This document shows positions 1 through 10,946 of a stretch of DNA of 48,516 nucleotides, piece after piece (the first letter of the stretch is position 1; each line of letters opens with the position of its first letter). Both the position numbers and the translations under genes were made by a program. Source of the stretch: Acidobacteriota bacterium (GTDB lineage Bacteria; Acidobacteriota; Blastocatellia; UBA7656); assembly GCA_031389065.1 (NCBI GenBank), contig JANMSG010001169.1:1-48516 (forward strand). Direction: 5' to 3'. A model generated the notes under the pieces. That model did no database searches. It saw only the letters and a program-made list of their open reading frames with translations, and was not told where the DNA came from.

Positions 1-50
1 AGGCAGTATGTAAAAACCAAACGTCACTAGCTATCCTTATTCTTTAACCT

Positions 51-1043
51 TTATATTTTTCCGTAGGCCTCTTGCATATGAGCCTTCAGGAAAGCGAAGT
101 CGCGTTGTATCGCCACAAGTGTATTCTCTTCTTTCGCCGCAGGTGTCGAGCCCGAGACTTCATATTCAAGATGCAACGACACAGGGCCCTGAAACTGGGC
201 AGTGGCAAGGAATTTGAAATAGGCTTTCCAATCTACCATCCCTTCACCAAGCGGGCAGTTTCGCACGCGCCAGTCACCCTTTGCCGTCTTCTCCCAGTAA
301 AAATCCTTCACGGCAATCATCTTCAATCGTCTGGATACGAGATGGGTCGCGATCTTCCAGCCTGCATCACCGCCTTCTACTACCGCATGGCGCACATCGA
401 AGTAATAGCCAACCCATTTCGGGTCTAGTCCATCAATGACAGTGGCAATATCCCAAAGGGGTGCGCCCATATATCCCGCGTGGTTGTGATAGCCCACCTG
501 TATCTGATACTGCTTTCCGAGTTCTGCCAATCGGCGAAATTCAAGCGCCGCCCTTTTGAGCTCTTTGCGAACATCAACGAAATCATACCTGTAATAGCCT
601 GGCTTATAAAACGGTATGGAAAGCTTACCTGCGGTCGAAAGAATAGGCTGTGCTGTAGGGTCTGCGGCGGAGACCAGAGCAGTACTGATCATAGGGACTT
701 CAAGACCTTCTTCGCGAATCGCCCGTACAGCTTTTGGCAGGTCTTCGATTGCCTTCTCAGGCAAGACGTGCCCGGAGGGGCGCACCGTCAAATCCACTCC
801 GCCAAATCCCAGGCGTTTGAGGTTGCGTGCCATATGGCGCGCGTCCATTCCGGCAAGGTGCTTCGAGAACAGACAGAGCTTGCCTGTGTAAGAAGTGGTA
901 ACTGGCGCAGCATTTTCGGCTTTCGCATCAAGCACAATTGTAGAAATGGCTGCCGTCATCAGAAAATCGCGCCGCGAAAGTTCTCTGCCATCAGCACGTT
1001 GTCTCAGGTTTTTTCTGTGAGATCTTTCTGTGGCTTGGCTCAT
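51..1043 (-). CDS. Tat-exported sugar phosphate isomerase/epimerase (xylose isomerase-like TIM-barrel family)
   Basis: ORF 51..1079 (-). Twin-arginine motif SRRDFLMTAAIS followed by a hydrophobic stretch. The body looks like an AP-endonuclease-2/xylose-isomerase-like TIM barrel (HNHAGYM, LHLEYE). Start placed at ATG 1043, which overlaps the upstream TGA as ATGA (1040-1043). The ORF could extend to 1079. Confidence 0.75.
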   Translation of the reverse strand: MSQATERSHRKNLRQRADGRELSRRDFLMTAAISTIVLDAKAENAAPVTTSYTGKLCLFSKHLAGMDARHMARNLKRLGFGGVDLTVRPSGHVLPEKAIEDLPKAVRAIREEGLEVPMISTALVSAADPTAQPILSTAGKLSIPFYKPGYYRYDFVDVRKELKRAALEFRRLAELGKQYQIQVGYHNHAGYMGAPLWDIATVIDGLDPKWVGYYFDVRHAVVEGGDAGWKIATHLVSRRLKMIAVKDFYWEKTAKGDWRVRNCPLGEGMVDWKAYFKFLATAQFQGPVSLHLEYEVSGSTPAAKEENTLVAIQRDFAFLKAHMQEAYGKI

Positions 1044-2335
1044 AGCTTCCAGGGCTTTCTGTAAGGCTTGGACAACCATTGGTTGGCCTCTTTATCGCCG
1101 ATGACTTCTTCTTTCTCGGCGTCCCATTTCAAGGATCGCTTGAGTCGCGTAGCAATGTTTCCGAGGTGGCACATTGCGGCGGTAAGGTGCCCTTCTTCAA
1201 CGTCTGCGTTCGGTCGTTTGCGGCTCTTAATCGAATCCAGAAAGTTTCGCACGTGGCTATTTTCCAATTCTGAGCCCGGATCATTGAGGGCGTCCATAGC
1301 AGGCGTCTCGTTCTTACTATCGGCTTTCCATAATTCAGGCGTAACCTTGAACCCGCTTCGCCAGATCTCCAGCGTCCCTTTGGTGCCATGAAATTCCAGA
1401 GGCTGCTCGCGGCCCTTATTAATTTCGCGAACCGAAAAGGTAACGACACAACCGGGGAAGTTGTAAATAACTTCCTGCACGTCAGGCGTCTCGCCTCCGT
1501 CCTTTATTGCATAACGACCGCCAAAGGCTGCCACATCAGTCGCCCCTTTGGCGTTTAGAGCCCAGCGCGCAATATCGAGATTATGTGCGCCCCAATTGGT
1601 CATCTGCCCGCCGGAGTAATCCCAGAACCAGCGAAAGTGATATATGCACCGCAAAGGATCAAAAGGTATAGAAGGAGCAGGGCCGAGCCACATATCCCAA
1701 TCGAGTTCTTTGCCCAGACCGTTCTTCAACTCGCGCGCCACAAATCCGGGCATGACGTTGCGCACAGAGCCTGTGCTGATCTTGTGAACCTCGCCAATAC
1801 CTCCGTCGCGTATGAGCTTGACGGCTCTGGCATAGTGCGCGCCTGAGCGTTGTTGGCTGCCGACCTGGACAATGCGCTGGTGCTTGCGCGCTTCATCAAC
1901 CATAACGCGGCCTTCGCGTACGGTTAGCGATAAGGGCTTTTCCACATATACATCTTTTCCAGCTCGGCAGGCCGCTACGGTCTGCAACGCGTGCCAGTGG
2001 TCAGGCGAAGCGATGATCACTGCATCAATATCTTTTCGGTCAAGCAAGTGGCGAAAATCTTTATGGGAAGCAGTCTTGCCGCCCGTGGCTTCAACGCCGC
2101 GTCTCAGGAAAGGTTCGTAGACATCACACACGGCCACAGCATTGACATCCGCCTGTTTCAAAAACCGCTTCCAGACATCCAACCCCCTGCCTCCACAACC
2201 GATAATGCCAACATTGACACGGTCGTTGGCGCCCCATACACGCAGATTGCCGAAAGCGCTTGCCACGCTTGCCGCAGCGGCGGTTTTCGCAAAATCTCTT
2301 CGGGTTATTTTTGTCATAGCCACCTCTTTGAACAT
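1040..2335 (-). CDS. Tat-exported Gfo/Idh/MocA family NAD(P)-dependent oxidoreductase
   Basis: 431-aa ORF. Tat signal TRRDFAKTAAAASVASAFG. Rossmann motif VGIIGCGGRG. EKP motif (VYVEKPLS) typical of Gfo/Idh/MocA. Translationally coupled to the downstream TIM-barrel gene. Confidence 0.85.
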   Translation of the reverse strand: MFKEVAMTKITRRDFAKTAAAASVASAFGNLRVWGANDRVNVGIIGCGGRGLDVWKRFLKQADVNAVAVCDVYEPFLRRGVEATGGKTASHKDFRHLLDRKDIDAVIIASPDHWHALQTVAACRAGKDVYVEKPLSLTVREGRVMVDEARKHQRIVQVGSQQRSGAHYARAVKLIRDGGIGEVHKISTGSVRNVMPGFVARELKNGLGKELDWDMWLGPAPSIPFDPLRCIYHFRWFWDYSGGQMTNWGAHNLDIARWALNAKGATDVAAFGGRYAIKDGGETPDVQEVIYNFPGCVVTFSVREINKGREQPLEFHGTKGTLEIWRSGFKVTPELWKADSKNETPAMDALNDPGSELENSHVRNFLDSIKSRKRPNADVEEGHLTAAMCHLGNIATRLKRSLKWDAEKEEVIGDKEANQWLSKPYRKPWKL

Positions 2336-2695
2336 TGTTTCTGGATTTAGATGGTTCGTATTATACCCGCAAAACTGAAGTCTGCAATCAGCCCCTGTCA
2401 GAGTTGGTCAGAGAGATTTGTCGAGAGGGCATTCAATTAAAACTAGAGGAGACCGTCAAGAACATCAAACCTTGTGTTCCTCTTCCATACAGTTTAACCA
2501 GCAAATTTTCTATGCTGTATTGATGGCTTACATAATGCTTCTACATCTCTGTAGAAAGTACATAGTGACTGCGGACTCTATTCTCATAACCCCTCCATTC
2601 GCTTAGCATTATTTTAAAGGAGGTATCTATTCATGACGGCATCATACTTGCTGCGTCTTTCATGACAATACTTTATTAAGAAGGAGACAAAGAAA

Positions 2696-3199
2696 ATGGG
2701 TTTATTCGATAAAATGTTCGGTCGCGGAGCTTCTGACGATGAAAAGGGGCAGAAGCGATTTAACGAATTGAGTCAAAAATACGCCTCAGTTTTGAATTTT
2801 GCTGATCAGCAGCAGATACAATTTCAGAATCTTCATGTCGAAGATGATAACTTGCTCATTCGAGCGACAGCGCCATCTCAAGAGGTTGCTAATCAATTGT
2901 GGGATCAAGTCAAATTGGTCAATCCCAGCTTGGATGATATCACGCTCGACCTCAAGGTATCTGAGCAGAGGACGCAGGGTGCAGCGGTAGGCAATCAAGA
3001 ATCAAATATTGGTCAAACCTCTGCTGTGTCAACCTATACGGTGAAATCAGGCGACACCCTCTCAAAAATAAGCCAACAATTCTATGGAGATTCCAACGAG
3101 TATATGCGCATCTTTTATGCCAACCGTGACCAGTTGCGTGACCCTGACAAGATTCAGGTCGGTCAACAGTTGACGATTCCACAAGACACCGATGCGTAG
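2696..3199 (+). CDS. BON/LysM domain protein, Kbp (YgaU)-like
   Basis: N-terminus MGLFDKMFG resembles E. coli YgaU/Kbp MGLFNFVK. C-terminal LysM: YTVKSGDTLSKISQQFYGDSNEYMRIFYANRDQLRDPDKIQVGQQLTIP. SD AAGGAG lies 7 nt upstream of the ATG. Confidence 0.8.
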   Translation: MGLFDKMFGRGASDDEKGQKRFNELSQKYASVLNFADQQQIQFQNLHVEDDNLLIRATAPSQEVANQLWDQVKLVNPSLDDITLDLKVSEQRTQGAAVGNQESNIGQTSAVSTYTVKSGDTLSKISQQFYGDSNEYMRIFYANRDQLRDPDKIQVGQQLTIPQDTDA

Positions 3200-3359
3200 G
3201 TAGAAAGGCTGAACTGATAAATTCAGATAGTTGGGCTTTTGCAACAAGGTACTGGCAGGGCACTTCATAAGCGTCCGATCCAGTGTTTGAGCGTTTTATG
3301 CGCTTACTGTCAAACCCAAGACTTCGAATATCGCATAGGTTTGAGTAGAGGAGCATAAT

Positions 3360-3806
3360 ATGAAAGCTGAAAAAGGCAAAGTAAATGATGAGGCTCAGAT
3401 TCGTGAGCTAATAGATAATTGGGCAAAGGCGGTCCGCACCAAGGACATCAATGGGCTTATGTCCAACTACGCGCCGGACGTCTTATCGTTTGACGCTATT
3501 AACCCGCTTCAATACATCGGGTTGGATGCGGCTAGGAAACGTGCAGAAGAGTGGCTCTCTGCGTTCCAAGGTCCTGTCGGATACGAGATGCGCGACCTGA
3601 GTATTGCTACGGGCGATGACGTGGCGTTTTGTCACAGCCTCAACCGGGTCAGCGGAACCAAGACAGACGGAGGTGAAATCGATATGTGGGTGCGTGCGAC
3701 CATTTGCTACCGCAAGGTTGACGGCCAGTGGATGGTCACGCATGAGCATATCTCTGTGCCCTTTGATATGGAGAGCGGCAAAGCGTCGTTTGATCTCAAG
3801 CCATAG
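3360..3806 (+). CDS. SnoaL-like / NTF2-fold protein (DUF4440, ketosteroid-isomerase-like)
   Basis: 148-aa ORF. Pattern EAQIRELIDNWAKAVRTKDINGLMSNYAPDV...WRVTHEH-like (WMVTHEHIS) is typical of DUF4440/SnoaL_3 proteins. Confidence 0.65.
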   Translation: MKAEKGKVNDEAQIRELIDNWAKAVRTKDINGLMSNYAPDVLSFDAINPLQYIGLDAARKRAEEWLSAFQGPVGYEMRDLSIATGDDVAFCHSLNRVSGTKTDGGEIDMWVRATICYRKVDGQWMVTHEHISVPFDMESGKASFDLKP

Positions 3807-3993
3807 CAATTTACAGATGCCTTGTGCTGACGCCGCCTCGCTTCCATCAAGCAACTTGCTAAACGTCAAATTATCACCGAACACATCTATCGCCCACAAT
3901 CAGCAGCGTCGTCTAACCGTTGTTGCTGATTGCAGGCGATAGGCATTTTAATCAATTCGTCGAAGCCGTTCGTCTTTTCATTTAGCGGCAAAA

Positions 3994-4629
3994 CTATTTT
4001 TTGTGCGCTCCGCTCAAAGCTGTCGCCGCGCCCAGCCCTATATAAACGCTGCCGGCAAAATAACGCTGCGCACGTAAAAACTTTAAATTTCCACGCAGCC
4101 AGTTGCCTATGCCTCCTGCCGCCAGCGCATAGATAGAATCGCTCAAGGTTCCAAGACAAACCAGAATTGTGCCCAACAAAACGATCTGCATGGCTACTGC
4201 GCCTCGCGCCGCGTCAATAAATTGCGGCAAAAACGCGAAAAAGAAGAGAGCCGTTTTCGGGTTCAGCACATTCACAACAACACCTTGATAAAACACACGG
4301 CTCAAGCTGACTACCTGAATTTCCCGCGTCGCTTGATCCTCTTCTTTCGTCAGCAAAGTTTTTACGCCAAGATAAATTAAATAAGCCGCTCCCGCATATT
4401 TCACGACATTGAAGGCTAACGCAGACGACAATAACAAAGTCGACAAACCGAAAGCGGCGGCGGCAATATGAAAGAGCGTACCAACCTGCACACCTATACT
4501 TGAAACGATTCCCGCCCTGCGTCCTTGTTGAATGCTGCGGGCAATGATGTACAGGGTGTTGGGTCCCGGCATCAAGACGAGAACCAGTGTGGCGGCGATA
4601 AATAAAGATAACTTTGACCAGTCCAGCAT
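3994..4629 (-). CDS. LysE/RhtB family amino-acid exporter
   Basis: 211 aa with about 6 TM segments. N-terminal PGPNTLYIIARSIQQGRRAG and central NPKTALFFFAFLPQF are LysE-family signatures. Confidence 0.85.
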   Translation of the reverse strand: MLDWSKLSLFIAATLVLVLMPGPNTLYIIARSIQQGRRAGIVSSIGVQVGTLFHIAAAAFGLSTLLLSSALAFNVVKYAGAAYLIYLGVKTLLTKEEDQATREIQVVSLSRVFYQGVVVNVLNPKTALFFFAFLPQFIDAARGAVAMQIVLLGTILVCLGTLSDSIYALAAGGIGNWLRGNLKFLRAQRYFAGSVYIGLGAATALSGAHKK

Positions 4630-4640
4630 ATTTCCCCTTC

Positions 4641-5255
4641 CTACTTATTCGTATCTGATGCGATTGTAATTTCCCCATGCGTTTTTTTCAGCATGTTAAC
4701 CAGCGATGCACCTAAATTCTCCAAAATCTCTTTCATTCTTTCATCGGTCATATTTTCGTTGTCGCCAGAAAATTTATCCTCAGCAAAAGAGACCGCGACC
4801 TCTTTAGGCAAAACATTCACTCCCACACTCGTGAGCACGTCACGCAGATGCGCCAGCGAGCGAATGCCGCCGAAAGAGCCTGGCGAAGCCGTCATCATCG
4901 CTGCAATCTTTCCAGGGAAAACCTCACTCCTTGGGTATTGATCGCTTTGCCGCGAAGCCCAATCAATGACGTTTTTCAGCGCCGCAGGAAGCGAGCCGTT
5001 ATATTCCGGCGAAGCGATCAACAAGCCGTCGTGGAGAGTTAAGAGTTCCTGAAATTTGAGCGCGTTTTCATCAAAGCCAATCCTATCGTGGTCATCGGGG
5101 TTATAGATCGGCATCGGGTAATCACGCAAATCAACAAGGGTTACCTCTGCGCCCGCTTTTTCCGCGCCTTTTATTGCGGTTTTTAAAACTCGTTTGCTTA
5201 AAGAATGCTCTCGCAAGCTGCCTGCGAAAGCTAAAATTCTCGGTATTTTTGTCAT
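4641..5255 (-). CDS. NADPH-dependent FMN reductase family oxidoreductase
   Basis: ILAFAGSLREHSLSKRV, SPEYNGSLPAALKNVIDWASR and GGIRSLAHLRDVL are typical of the FMN_red family. 11-nt gap to the LysE gene. Confidence 0.85.
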   Translation of the reverse strand: MTKIPRILAFAGSLREHSLSKRVLKTAIKGAEKAGAEVTLVDLRDYPMPIYNPDDHDRIGFDENALKFQELLTLHDGLLIASPEYNGSLPAALKNVIDWASRQSDQYPRSEVFPGKIAAMMTASPGSFGGIRSLAHLRDVLTSVGVNVLPKEVAVSFAEDKFSGDNENMTDERMKEILENLGASLVNMLKKTHGEITIASDTNK

Positions 5256-5354
5256 CTGTTTCTGATTCTTCTGATTTTATAAAACTCAAATTAAATAATG
5301 AATCGCAAAACTCTCTACCGACGGTTTGACTTTGCGCCGGAAGCTTTCGTCGTT

Positions 5355-5834
5355 TCATCCTTCGTGAGCTTGCCGCGTTTTCATAAGCAGCGCGATCAGT
5401 TCTTCAAGCTCTACTTTACTTAAGCCGCCAAATGCTGCGTGATTAGCTTTCTCAACCGGCTCATCAAGCAGCATCAGTAATTTCAACCCTTTCTCAGTGA
5501 TTCGGCAGTACACGCAGCGACGGTCATTCGGGCGAATTTCGCGCCAAACCAACCCTTTCGATTCCAAACGGTCAACCATGCGTGTGATACCGGGTGTGCG
5601 TTCAATCATGCGCTCGGCAATCGTCAATGTCGGCAGACCTTCGGGTTCCGCGCCGCGCAAAATCCGCAACACATTGTATTGCTGTCCGGTAAGATCAAAC
5701 GGCGCGCAAACCTTTTCAAAAAGAGTTCTGACACGGTCAGCCGTGGCCAACAAATTAACATAAGCGGTCTGGGCTGACGACGGTTGCGAGCCCTTCTTCC
5801 CTCGAGGTCGCGATATTTTTCTGTTTGTAGTCAT
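5355..5834 (-). CDS. MarR family transcriptional regulator
   Basis: 159 aa. Winged-helix region LTGQQYNVLRILRGAEPEGLPTLTIAERMIERTPGITRMVDRLESKGLVWR. First gene of the marR-FMN reductase-LysE minus-strand cluster. Confidence 0.85.
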   Translation of the reverse strand: MTTNRKISRPRGKKGSQPSSAQTAYVNLLATADRVRTLFEKVCAPFDLTGQQYNVLRILRGAEPEGLPTLTIAERMIERTPGITRMVDRLESKGLVWREIRPNDRRCVYCRITEKGLKLLMLLDEPVEKANHAAFGGLSKVELEELIALLMKTRQAHEG

Positions 5835-6210
5835 TAAGAGATGTTTAACAGGTCAATAGTTGATACGTCAAGTAATATATAAAAATAAGATCTAACAAAT
5901 TGGCAGAGCAGAATCATGCCAGGCATCTAGCGGTTCTAACAAATTGCCTTGGCGGATCCTTGTAGTAGGATTGTCGTTGGAGTAACGAGCGGAGCGGGCG
6001 GTGGCAAACAATCTATGAGCTAACAGCAAGTGACAATCAGGCTATTCCGCTTTATAAGACCAGTGACGCTTTTCCAAGCTTGCTGAACAATAACTCTTCA
6101 ACGAAATCCGTCAAATGACCATCAGGCAGCGCAAGCGACGATTGGTGAACTCGCAGGTCAACTCGGAACCCTTGGACGCCGATTCGCCACCGCTTTGCCG
6201 ATTCAACAAC

Positions 6211-6615
6211 TTATATGCGCCACTGACCCGAAAACACCTTACTTTCACCTGGCACGACGATCACCGAGTCGGCAAACGCATTCCCGAAGCGCTCAACTAC
6301 TAAATCTTCATCACTCATCAGTTCTATTTCGTACTCTGCGATCTCAACGTCGTGCTTGGTATTGTTAGTAAACTCGCAAAATATCCACAGACTAAAGTGT
6401 GGGCCGAACTGAAAGGCAGGCCCCGCGTTATACTCCCTGGTCCAGACCACCTGTCCATCAGGATCTAACAGAATAAGGGTATATCCGGCGATACTGAGAG
6501 TGGGCGGGCCTTCTGGTTTTGCGTTCGAGTCAGGGGGGCTTGGTTTGATAAATCTCCGCAATGCGGTCATCAGTCCGCTCATTGCTTTAGGCAACTCGAT
6601 TTGCTTTTCCATCAC
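6211..6615 (-). CDS. hypothetical protein, translationally coupled to bactofilin
   Basis: 134-aa ORF. Its ATG overlaps the bactofilin stop by 4 nt (6612-6615). I recognise no family. Confidence 0.5.
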   Translation of the reverse strand: MMEKQIELPKAMSGLMTALRRFIKPSPPDSNAKPEGPPTLSIAGYTLILLDPDGQVVWTREYNAGPAFQFGPHFSLWIFCEFTNNTKHDVEIAEYEIELMSDEDLVVERFGNAFADSVIVVPGESKVFSGQWRI

Positions 6616-7031
6616 GCACTCTTGACCTTGCTCTTGTCTTCGCTGATGTCCGGATGACTCTCTTCTATCAGTTGACGGCTCGCTTCTTTTGCCATGCCAA
6701 TGGTGCCATTGAGTACGGCACCCTCTTCAACCAACAAAACAGGGGTTGTCAGATCACCCGAGACTCTGCCGGTTTTGTAAATCTCAATTCTTGATGTAGC
6801 GGTAACATTGCCATTGAGGGTTCCACGAATAATACAAACGCCTACATTCACTTGAGCTTCAACTCGACCCCGCTCCTGAATCAGAAGTACGCCGGTCTCT
6901 GAGATCAGCTTACCAGTGACTTTGCCTTCTACTTGGAGTTCCTCGGCAAAGAGAATATCGCCTGCCACCTCTACTCCTATGCTCAGGAAACCGAGAGCAG
7001 GAGCATCGCCATTATTTTTGGTTAGTTTCAT
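6612..7031 (-). CDS. bactofilin family polymer-forming cytoskeletal protein
   Basis: Beta-helical repeat pattern (VEVAGDILFAEELQVEGKVTGKLISETGVLLIQERGRVEAQVNVGVCIIRGTLNGNVTATSRIEIYKTGRVSGDLTTPVLLVEEGAVLNGTIGM). Start set at ATG 7031 (MKLTKN) with GGAG 8 nt upstream. The ORF is open to 7115. Confidence 0.8.
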   Translation of the reverse strand: MKLTKNNGDAPALGFLSIGVEVAGDILFAEELQVEGKVTGKLISETGVLLIQERGRVEAQVNVGVCIIRGTLNGNVTATSRIEIYKTGRVSGDLTTPVLLVEEGAVLNGTIGMAKEASRQLIEESHPDISEDKSKVKSA

Positions 7032-7289
7032 GAATGAATCTCCGCACCTATGTGAATTTACCCGACGGACAGAATTGTCATAAAGGTGAGGGAGCGCCGA
7101 GTCTATGTGGGACAAGAATTACGCTTATGTTTGAGGAAAAGTAATAAGATTATTTTGATTTTCGTTTGTCTGGACAGCTAGCTTTATACGTGCTTTGATG
7201 CTGGAAGTCAAGCTTCACCAAACTGTGATGGCTGGGCTTGAAAACTCTATAGGAGTCAAGTAAGGGAATAGCCGAATGGTAGCGCTTGG

Positions 7290-7371
7290 TGCAATTAATA
7301 GTGAGACTCCAGCAAAGATGAAAATCTATTGTCAAACCAATAGCAGAAACCGAGTCTCACTATTAATTGCA
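7290..7371. repeat. perfect 20-bp inverted repeat with a 42-nt loop containing a 6-bp sub-hairpin
   Basis: 7290-7309 TGCAATTAATAGTGAGACTC is the exact reverse complement of 7352-7371. The loop contains CTATTG...CAATAG. Confidence 0.9.
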
Positions 7372-7451
7372 TCCAGTTGCGCCCCTCGGTGAATTGATTC
7401 ATCGGGCATTTGCCGTCGTCTCAAGAAGAAATAGTTCTTTGAAATAAAAGG

Positions 7452-7492
7452 AAAAATAAAAAGGCTCTGCTGTTTTGGAAGCAGAGCCTTTT
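7452..7492 (-). terminator. rho-independent terminator of groEL
   Basis: Stem GGCTCTGC (7463-7470) / GCAGAGCC (7481-7488), extendable with A-U pairs. On the minus strand it is followed by TTTTTATTTTT. It lies 31 nt after the groEL stop. Confidence 0.7.
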
Positions 7493-7523
7493 CGTTACGA
7501 ACCGTGTATGCGCGACAGCTAAA

Positions 7524-9155
<1,632 letters not shown>

Positions 9156-9179
9156 TTACTCCTTTATCTCTGTAAAAAT

Positions 9180-9500
9180 CTATTTGCCTTTGCCTTTGGC
9201 TTTTTCTGCTTTTTCAATCACGCCAAGGATGTCATCCTCGCGCATAATCAAATATTCTTGACCGTCGAGCTTGACTTCCGTACCCGCGTATTTGCCAAAA
9301 AGCACTCTGTCGCCTTCTTGAACATCAAGGTTGACATACTCCCCGCTGTCGAGTTTCTTGCCTTTGCCTACGGCAATGACTTCACCCTCTTGCGGTTTCT
9401 CTCTAGCGGCATCGGGAATGATGATACTGCCACGTACCTGCTCTTGCTCTTCGATTCTTTTGATGATAACTCTATCATTTAGTGGTCTAATGTTTGCCAT
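9180..9500 (-). CDS. groES: co-chaperonin GroES (Cpn10)
   Basis: [20 protein letters not shown]...[20 protein letters not shown]. 30 nt upstream of groEL. Lys-rich C-terminal tail. Confidence 0.97.
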   Translation of the reverse strand: MANIRPLNDRVIIKRIEEQEQVRGSIIIPDAAREKPQEGEVIAVGKGKKLDSGEYVNLDVQEGDRVLFGKYAGTEVKLDGQEYLIMREDDILGVIEKAEKAKGKGK

Positions 9501-9594
9501 TGAACTTCTATGCTCCTTTCTGGAATGTGATTAAGTTCTGTATCTTTAAGGAAAGCTTTTTATAAGCTACCTGACAATTCTTAAAAAAGAATGC

Positions 9595-9621
9595 TTAGCA
9601 CTCTCTCTTGAAGACTGCTAA
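9595..9621 (-). promoter_or_regulatory. CIRCE operator (HrcA binding site)
   Basis: TTAGCACTC-N9-GACTGCTAA versus consensus TTAGCACTC-N9-GAGTGCTAA (1 mismatch). It sits in the groES 5-prime leader, immediately downstream of the -10 box. Confidence 0.85.
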
Positions 9622-9649
9622 TTATATGTAGCAATCCCATGACTGTCAA
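9621..9649 (-). promoter_or_regulatory. sigma70-type promoter of groES-groEL
   Basis: The minus strand reads TTGACA (9649-9644), a 17-nt spacer, then TATAAT (9626-9621). Both hexamers are exact consensus, and the promoter abuts CIRCE. Confidence 0.7.
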
Positions 9650-9703
9650 TGACTTTGAGAAAAACTTTAAAAAATCTGATGAGACTATTATCAAAAAAGC
9701 GAA

Positions 9704-10717
9704 TTATCGCCGTCTTTCAGACAAAGAGTGGGCTTGAACGACTGTAATAGCGACGGCATCACGTATATCTTCAGCCTTGCATCCTCGAGACAAGTCATTA
9801 GCAGGTTTCGCAAGTCCTTGCAAAATAGGACCTATGGCGGTGGCTCCTGCCAAGCGCTCTACGAGTTTATAAGCGATATTGCCGGCCTCAAGATTCGGAA
9901 AGATCAGGGTGTTCGCTTGCCCCGCAATCTTACTGCCGGGAGCTTTGCTTGCGGCGATTGACGCGATGAGAGCCGCATCTGCTTGCAATTCACCGTCAAC
10001 AAGTATGAAAGGAGCGCGAGCTTGAACGGTTCGCGTGGCTTCTACAACTTTATCAACAAGTGGCGAGTTTGCGCTGCCCTTGGTTGAAAACGACAGCATC
10101 GCGACACGTGCTTCAACTTCAAGCAAAGCTCTTGCTGAATCTGCCGAAGCGATGGCGATTTCAGCAAGCTCTGCTGCGGAAGGATTGATGATGACTCCGC
10201 AATCGGCAAAAATAAACGCGCCGTCGATGCCGAGTTTACTTCCCGGCACAAGCATCAAGAAGAAGCTAGAGACAACTTTGAGCCCCGCTTTCGGACCTAT
10301 GCAACGCAAAGCGGAACTGACCGTGTGTCCTGTCGTATGAGTAGCGCCCGATACGCTGCCATCGGCGCGACCTTCTTTCACCATCATATTGCCGAAGTAG
10401 AGCGGGTCTTTCATCTGCTCGCGCGCTTCATCCATCGTCACACCTTTCGCTCTACGCGCTTCGTAATAGCGTGCGGTATAAGTTTCCACTTCCGCAGAAC
10501 GCTTGGGGTCAATGACCGAAACGCCTGTAAGCGTCAGGTTCATCTGTGAAGCCTTGTCGCGTATGACTTCTTCGCGCCCGATGAGAGTGATGCGAGCCAA
10601 TCGTTCAGCTACCGAGAGCGCAGCTGCTTGAATGGCGCGTTCCTCTTCACCTTCAGGCAAAACGATGTGTTTGGGGTCGGCTGCAGCGCGCGCGCGTAGT
10701 TTTTCAAGGATATTCAT
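9704..10717 (-). CDS. pta: phosphate acetyltransferase (short PTA_PTB form)
   Basis: 337 aa. [45 protein letters not shown] and PANDLSRGC are typical Pta motifs. Confidence 0.85.
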   Translation of the reverse strand: MNILEKLRARAAADPKHIVLPEGEEERAIQAAALSVAERLARITLIGREEVIRDKASQMNLTLTGVSVIDPKRSAEVETYTARYYEARRAKGVTMDEAREQMKDPLYFGNMMVKEGRADGSVSGATHTTGHTVSSALRCIGPKAGLKVVSSFFLMLVPGSKLGIDGAFIFADCGVIINPSAAELAEIAIASADSARALLEVEARVAMLSFSTKGSANSPLVDKVVEATRTVQARAPFILVDGELQADAALIASIAASKAPGSKIAGQANTLIFPNLEAGNIAYKLVERLAGATAIGPILQGLAKPANDLSRGCKAEDIRDAVAITVVQAHSLSERRR

Positions 10718-10946
10718 TCGCGGGTTTCTCCAAAGTGATTTTGAAGGCGAGATTGTAGCCGATTTTTGAAATTCGGGCGAGGAATGAAACTAACCCTAAA
10801 AATGCAACCGCAGCGTCTTTGAAAAACTCTGCGTAGAGTTGCGCGTGAACTCTCCCCAATTCACGCGCCGCCTCTAGCAGTTTCATAGGACGCTGCGGTG
10901 TCTCGTGAGATGTGAGACAAGTTGCCAACTTGTCTCACATCGAAAA

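Noticed and set aside
480-1064. 194-aa plus-strand ORF (and 616..891, 72..428)
   Set aside because: These are antisense to the Tat-signal TIM-barrel gene. They are Cys/Arg-rich nonsense-like sequence.
4214-4678. 154-aa minus-strand ORF overlapping the LysE gene in another frame
   Set aside because: The LysE frame has clear family motifs and TM periodicity. The alternative frame is Arg/Cys-rich with no features.
7150-7335. 61-aa minus-strand ORF in the groEL-bactofilin gap
   Set aside because: It overlaps one arm of the perfect 20-bp inverted repeat, has no SD and has implausible composition. I treat the region as non-coding.
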